Shown: positions 54,147-64,000 of the stretch, in pieces | How positions within the stretch are numbered: position 1 is the first letter of the stretch | Layout of the letters: each line of letters opens with the position of its first letter | Assembly (NCBI GenBank): GCA_012295275.1 | Contig: CM022674.1 | Location: forward strand, 930,001 to 994,000 | Reading direction: 5' to 3' | Source: Chrysomallon squamiferum | Taxonomy: Eukaryota > Animalia > Mollusca | DNA: 64,000 bases | Translations under genes and position numbers: made by a program | Notes under the pieces: generated by a model | What the model was told of the DNA's origin: nothing | The model's input: only the letters and a program-made list of their open reading frames with translations | The model's database searches: none

Positions 54147-54682
54147 GTACCCTAAGATAGTACGGTTATATAATTAAATTTTTGATTTACAGAAAATTCT
54201 GTATCAGGTATCACTGTATTTTTTTATGTATTTATTTATCTAACTTATTGATCGTAGGCAACAGCTGAATAATTATCATCATTATCAGCAACTGCTTGAC
54301 TATTATAATTAGTGTTATTATAATTACTATGATTATTATTATTATTATTATTTTATTATTATTATTGTTTTTATTATTATTATTATTATTATTATTTTCT
54401 TACTATTATGGATCTGTACATGTGTGTATGTAGGTGTGTGTGTGTGTATTGTATATTATATGTAAATCATAAGTTTTGCTCACATATATCTTCTTTATTT
54501 CCAAAAAAATAAATAAAAACCACCATATTAGTATTAGTAATAGTATTATTATTAATATATATTTTTTTCTTGTTGTCGTTGTTATTTATTTATTTATTAT
54601 TTATTATTATTATTATTATTGTTGTTGTTGTTGTTGTTGTTGTTACTGCTTCATTTATTATTTAATTAATTATTTAATTAAT

Positions 54683-54717
<35 letters not shown>

Positions 54718-54767
54718 CTTATTTATTTATTTATTTGTTTTAGAAAGTGATAAACCTCTACTTCAAG

Positions 54768-58536
<3,769 letters not shown>

Positions 58537-59084
58537 AAACTGGTATCATTTATATAGTTTCAAGAAAATTACAAAAAAATAATAATAATAATAATAATAA
58601 AAAATAATAACAATAAAATAATAACAATAATAAAATAATATACTAATGTATTTTTGTCTTTTTATTGTTACAATTTTATTAACTGTTTCTTTTTTTTTCT
58701 TATTTCGTTATTTGATTTGATTTATTTCATACTGAGATAATTATTCTCTTTGTTATTTTGTTTATGTTTATTAATTTTATTATTATGAGGAATCAAAACA
58801 TTTTACTGTAAACAGAGCAACATTTGCTTATATATATGTGTGTGAGTGCGTGTGTGTGTGTGTGTGTTCATGTGTGTGCGTGTGTGTGCGTGTGTGTGCG
58901 TGTGTGTGCGTGTGTTTAAAAACTGTTAATACCTTCTTACTATTCCAGCTCCCGAAATTCTAAATAATATTTAACAACAACAACAACAACAACAACAACA
59001 ATAATAATAATAATAACAACAACAACAACAACAACAATAGTAATAATGTCGGCCTCGAATCATTGTCATCATTATTTTATTTTA

Positions 59085-59124
<40 letters not shown>

Positions 59125-59810
59125 TATTATTATTTTTATTATTACGCCATATCAGAGATTTGTTCAGGATACAGATATTTAAAAACATTATTTGTTAATA
59201 CATTATTCATGTGTACACCATGTGCGATTGTCGTTGAAGATTAAATATCGGAGCATGCGCATTTTTTTTGAAATCTGTTATTTTTTATGAGTATCTGTTT
59301 ACGATTTTGCCGTTCATGTAGCACATGTGTTTAGAACAGGAACCAGTGAAACAGATACTCTCGGAATATCAAATTTATATGAGGATTACAAAATAGGAAT
59401 TACTTGATTGAGACAGTCATACCGTGCTGACAGCACTGTTATGTAACAAAACTTGTAACTATCGGTAAATAATGATGGTTCTTATTTGTTTATTTATTTA
59501 TTTATTTATCATGACAATCGTCATCATCACCATCATCGTCAACAGCAGCATCATCTTATCATTATTACTAGTAACGGTGTTGTTCTAGTTGTTGTTGTTG
59601 TTATATATTTATTTATTTATTTATTTATTCATTTATTTATTTATTTTTTATATATTTAAATATTTATTTATTTATTTATTTAAATATTTATTTATTTATT
59701 TATTTAAATATTTATTTATTATTTTATTTAACTATTCATTTATTTATTTAAATATTTATTTATTTATTTATTTTTTATTTTAGAAACTGATAAATTTCTA
59801 ACCTCTAACG

Positions 59811-62800
59811 ATGTTGCTGTTTCTAGCGATTCCATTACTCTCGACTTCCAGTTTTGTTTCCTTTGTAATGTCAGGTAAGTGCTAGGTCTGGTGTAATCAG
59901 AAGGTGATACAATGCCGTGGTAGTCGTAGTAGTCATTGTAACGGCATGTATATTGTAACGGTGTCGTGAAAATATATGTCAGAGTATTTCTATTCATTGT
60001 CAAATGACATTATTTTGCCTCCATGCTTTGTCTAGTTTTTCTATAAGGTAGCGAAATCTGGGGATTCGAAGATTTGTCGTAAATAGAACAATTATGAATC
60101 TGTTATTACAGTTAAGGAAATCTGTACCAGTGTACATATTAAATGGCGAAGCTGGACGTTATCCAGTGTATATTACTGTAAAAGTACGAATGATTATTTA
60201 CTGGTATCGAATGATCACGGGAAGCATCCTAAGTTATCATTACTAGTATACAGACTATTATTGACTGAAGCTAACATTTTTAATCACAGATGACTATTAT
60301 AAGTTAAATATATTCTTGATGATGTTGGCTGAACATACATATATATATCTGACTATCTTGGTGTAATGCCATGAATCGAATTTTACCACAGCACTTCCAT
60401 AACTTTCCTTAGTGCCTTAAACTTTGGACAACATCCACGGCAATGGAACACCTACCTGGTTTGCCTCTGTTGCCTTCCCATACATCCCAGAAACAAAGTC
60501 AGTGTCATGTTAATTAGGTCACTACTCAAACCAAAATGGCGTAAAGAACGGACGCAAAAGCTCATCGTCTGTGCAAAGCTGTCAAGATTTTTCAGGTACG
60601 AATGAGACAAAATAAACTTAGTTTCAGATTAGTTATTGGCCATAACGCAGCTACTGAGCTTCGCCAACCTGAAAGACTTGCCGCGCATTGGCCGTCGATG
60701 TGTCACGTGACTACTGACTTATTGTACTGGAACGGTGAGCTTCCTAAGGCTGATGATCCTTGCAGAATATTAACTCTAAGTCATGTTTATACAACAGGCC
60801 AGTGATAGCTCCTGTTTACATGGTGCGGTAATCATGCTATCACTCGGTTAGCAAAAAAAGATGGCGCTGAACTTACGGCGTGGAAAAATTATCATAAAGC
60901 AACAGGATTGGTCTATTCGGAGGGTGTGCCGGGGTGGTGTCTATTTTAATCGTCATGTATGCGGATTTGTTTTCAGAATTATTTTAAACAGAGAAAAAAC
61001 AACCTATCTGCGACAAGAGACTGGAGGTAAAACTGAGGTAGCCATTAGCAAGCGGTGCTAGTCATTACTAATTAAAAAAAAAAAAAAAATATTCAGTAAT
61101 AAATCAACAATCACAGTCACTCCGAGTCCTTCAGTAGCAAAACCAACAACTGTTTCTTTTAAAACTTGATAAACATTTGTCTTGTGCTAAAAATATTAAA
61201 GTCCCTGTAATGGTATCACATTCCTTCTGTTATATTAAAATCGTGTATTAATACAAGGATACTAGATCAATACTTAGAATAATGATGCTCGTACATTGAT
61301 ATCTGTCCAAAACTTCAAATTATAAACTATTTAAAAAAAATACTGTTACATATTTCAAACTTATAAAGAGAAAATACTGGGATGCCCATTGTTGCGATTC
61401 AGACATTCAAACCGTAATCTTCCTAATTAAACGGAAACATTGGAAAATACTGAACAAGAAAACAGAGAGTGTCCACTGTGTAATAACTAGGACATCTGAG
61501 ATCAGTTTCGTTATGTATCTACATATATGTTTGTTTTCTAAGAATCAAAGAAATCCTTACCTACCATTTTTCTGTGAGGCTAAAGCAAGCATTCATTATA
61601 AATTATTTAAATCTAAAAAAAAAAAAAGCTGGTGACCCAAGAAAAACGCTCCATTTTCTATAATTTAATAATGATTTTTTTCTCTCTCAAATGCCTTCAT
61701 TGTTATACTGTATGCATACAATTTTATTATTATGTTCATTATTGTAAATCCACCATCTTGTTAAAATTATGTTAAATTTTGTATGAAGTTACCGACACAT
61801 GCCATACATTACGGCCTGAGGGTCATAGTTCAGTTCAGAAAGTTATCAAAACATAAAATACACTATCATGATTGCAAAGTTTGTTTAGCTAAATAACTGT
61901 GATCATAAATATACTGTTTTGATTATTATTATTATCATTATTATTTCAGGTATAGGACCAATAATCCGGCGTCTTGATATCCGGAAAGACCCGAAAATTG
62001 GAAGCTTTTTTTTCCAGACGCTGTTTTCATAATTCGCGCGCGCGCGTATGTTGTCCTCATCAGACCGGAACTACTCTTTCAAGCCGCGTGGCGTTCATTC
62101 ACTCGCCGCATTGTCTACGTGTCGCGTCGAGTCGCCACAGTTGTATATCGTCAGTTTTCTTTATGTTCTTAATTTTAAAATGTTTATGCCTAATTATTCA
62201 CGTATTTAGATGCCTTGGTCCCAGAAAACCGGAAAATCCAGAAATCCGGAATGCCTCGGGCCACCCAAGGAGTCCGGATAATTGGTCCGGTACCTATATT
62301 ATTATTATTTTTATTTTTATTTTTTCTCACAGAGTGCCCGAGGTCACCCAAAATCGATAATGGTAAAATTCTTGTCCGCACTAACCACGTAGGTTCTTTT
62401 GCTACCGTAGTCTGCAACAAAAACTACTTTTTCTACGGTTACTCCAAAGATCTGCTGTGTCTCCCGTCAACTCAGTGGAGTAACCCGTCAGGACAATGCA
62501 AGCGAGTGAAATGGATTAATCTAAGTACGTCAAACGTCTTCTTCTAGTAGCTATAGCAGAAACACTAGTAGTAGTAGTAGTACCAGTAGTTGTAATAGTA
62601 GTAGTAGTAGTAGTAGTAGTGGTAGTAGAACTAGTGGTAGAGATAGTAGTAGTAGTAGTAGTAGTAGTAGTAGCCGTTGTAGCTATAGTAGTAGTTGTTG
62701 TTGCTATGATAATGGTGGTAGCAACAGTACTATTTGAAGCAGAAGTAGTAGTAGTAGTAGTAGTGGTTGTAGTGGTAGCAGAATGGTGGTGGTAGTGATA

Positions 62801-62918
62801 GTGGTCGTGGTAGTGGTACCAGCAATGGCAGTAATAGTAACAGTAGTAGCAGTAGTAGTGGGTTAGTGGTAGTAATAGTAGTAGTAGTAATAGTGGTAGT
62901 AGTGGTAGTAGTAGTGGG

Positions 62919-62974
<56 letters not shown>

Positions 62975-63654
62975 ACAGTAGAGGTAGTAGTAGTGGTGGT
63001 AGTAGTAGTAGTAGTGGTAGTAGTAGTAGTGTTATTGATATTGTTACTGTTGTTGTTGTTGTTGTGGTTTGGTTTTTGTTTTGTAATTTCTTTCTCATTC
63101 GTTCAACAAAACCATAATTATTGCTTGTACTGGTACTACTACTGTTCTTACTATTACCCTTATTATTACTACTACTACTACTACTACCAACATTATCTTT
63201 GCTTCTATTGCTACTATCTTTATCATTAAAACAACTGGTAACATTCTTACTACTATTTTTCTTACTACTCTGCAATTATTACCACTACTACTACATCAGT
63301 TACCACTATTGCATCACTATTATTATTATTATTATTATTATTAAATTATTATTATTATTAATTAACCATTATAACAACTATTATTACTGCTTCTGCTACA
63401 TTTGCAGCTACTACTTCTCCTACTAACACTATTAGTACTGTTACTGCTGCTACTTCTACTACTAATACTACTACTACTACTAATAATAATAATAATACTA
63501 TCATATTATAACCATCATCATCACCACCACCATCCATCATCATCATCATAATCAAAGACATATTACGATGTTTATGTTTAGCGACTAACACGTGGTTGGC
63601 AGTCCCGAAATCAACCGACTGGACAGTGGTGGTCGAAGGACAGATGAAACAACA
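59811..63654 (+). CDS. Secreted Sushi/CCP-domain protein, paralogue B (partial; continues beyond the window)
   Basis: Exons 59811-59874, 62333-62524 and 63582-63654 have the same lengths (64, 192, 73 nt) and phases as paralogue A. Protein MLLFLAIPLLSTSSFVSFVMSECPRSPKIDNGKILVRTNHVGSFATVVCNKNYFFYGYSKDLLCLPSTQWSNPSGQCKRVKWINLTTNTWLAVPKSTDWTVVVEGQMKQ... Confidence 0.82.
61947..62296. mobile_element. About 350-bp MITE (non-autonomous DNA transposon)
   Basis: Imperfect TIRs: AGGTATAGGACCAATAATCCGG at the left versus AGGTACCGGACCAATTATCCGG (reverse complement of the right end). Absent from the homologous intron position of paralogue A (about 55540-55627). Target-site duplication not cleanly preserved. 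Confidence 0.75.
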
Positions 63655-63897
63655 GTAAGTACAAACTGTGGACCCTTTTCTCAAAACTGATCAGTGTAGG
63701 TCCAGTCAAAAAACTTCTGTTTGACTGGACCTGTACTCTTTGTCAAGGTCTCAGGTGGTTGGTAAATCTTCACGACCGTTTTGAAATCGATTTTGTTCAG
63801 CCTTAATCCCGGAGAGTGTTCATTTATTTATTTATTTGTTCACCGCAAACTGTTTGAGTCGAAACAAAAAATTATTATTATTATTATTATTATTATT

Positions 63898-63939
<42 letters not shown>

Positions 63940-64000
63940 GGTTGTTGTTGTTGGTTCTGGTGGTGGTTCTGGTGGTGGTGATGGTGGTGGTGGTGGTGGT

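Overview
AT-rich, microsatellite-dense eukaryotic genomic DNA. It is most likely a mollusc and plausibly a gastropod, inferred from a cvSI-family inhibitor and a MetaSINE-like fragment. Most ORFs in the supplied track are simple-repeat artefacts. Reading splice sites by hand gives seven spliced genes: (1) a hidden minus-strand 64-aa precursor with signal peptide, Thr-rich micro-domain and GPI-type tail, i.e. CD24/CD52-like architecture (0.8-2.3 kb); (2) TMEM26-like (26.7-33.5 kb); (3) vanin/biotinidase-like with an intact Glu-Lys-Cys triad but two compensating frameshifts (35.4-37.9 kb); (4) a minus-strand cvSI-like Cys-rich secreted protease inhibitor (38.6-41.0 kb); (5) a CAT-type SLC7 amino acid transporter (45.1-50.1 kb); (6,7) two tandem paralogues of a secreted Sushi/CCP + degenerate galectin-like protein (54.8-58.5 kb; 59.8 kb to beyond the window end). 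Also present are a decayed Tigger/pogo remnant, a MITE, a SINE fragment, a (CT)n-anchored interspersed repeat in three copies, and a minisatellite built from an exon/donor junction. All family assignments are from recalled motifs, not from database searches.
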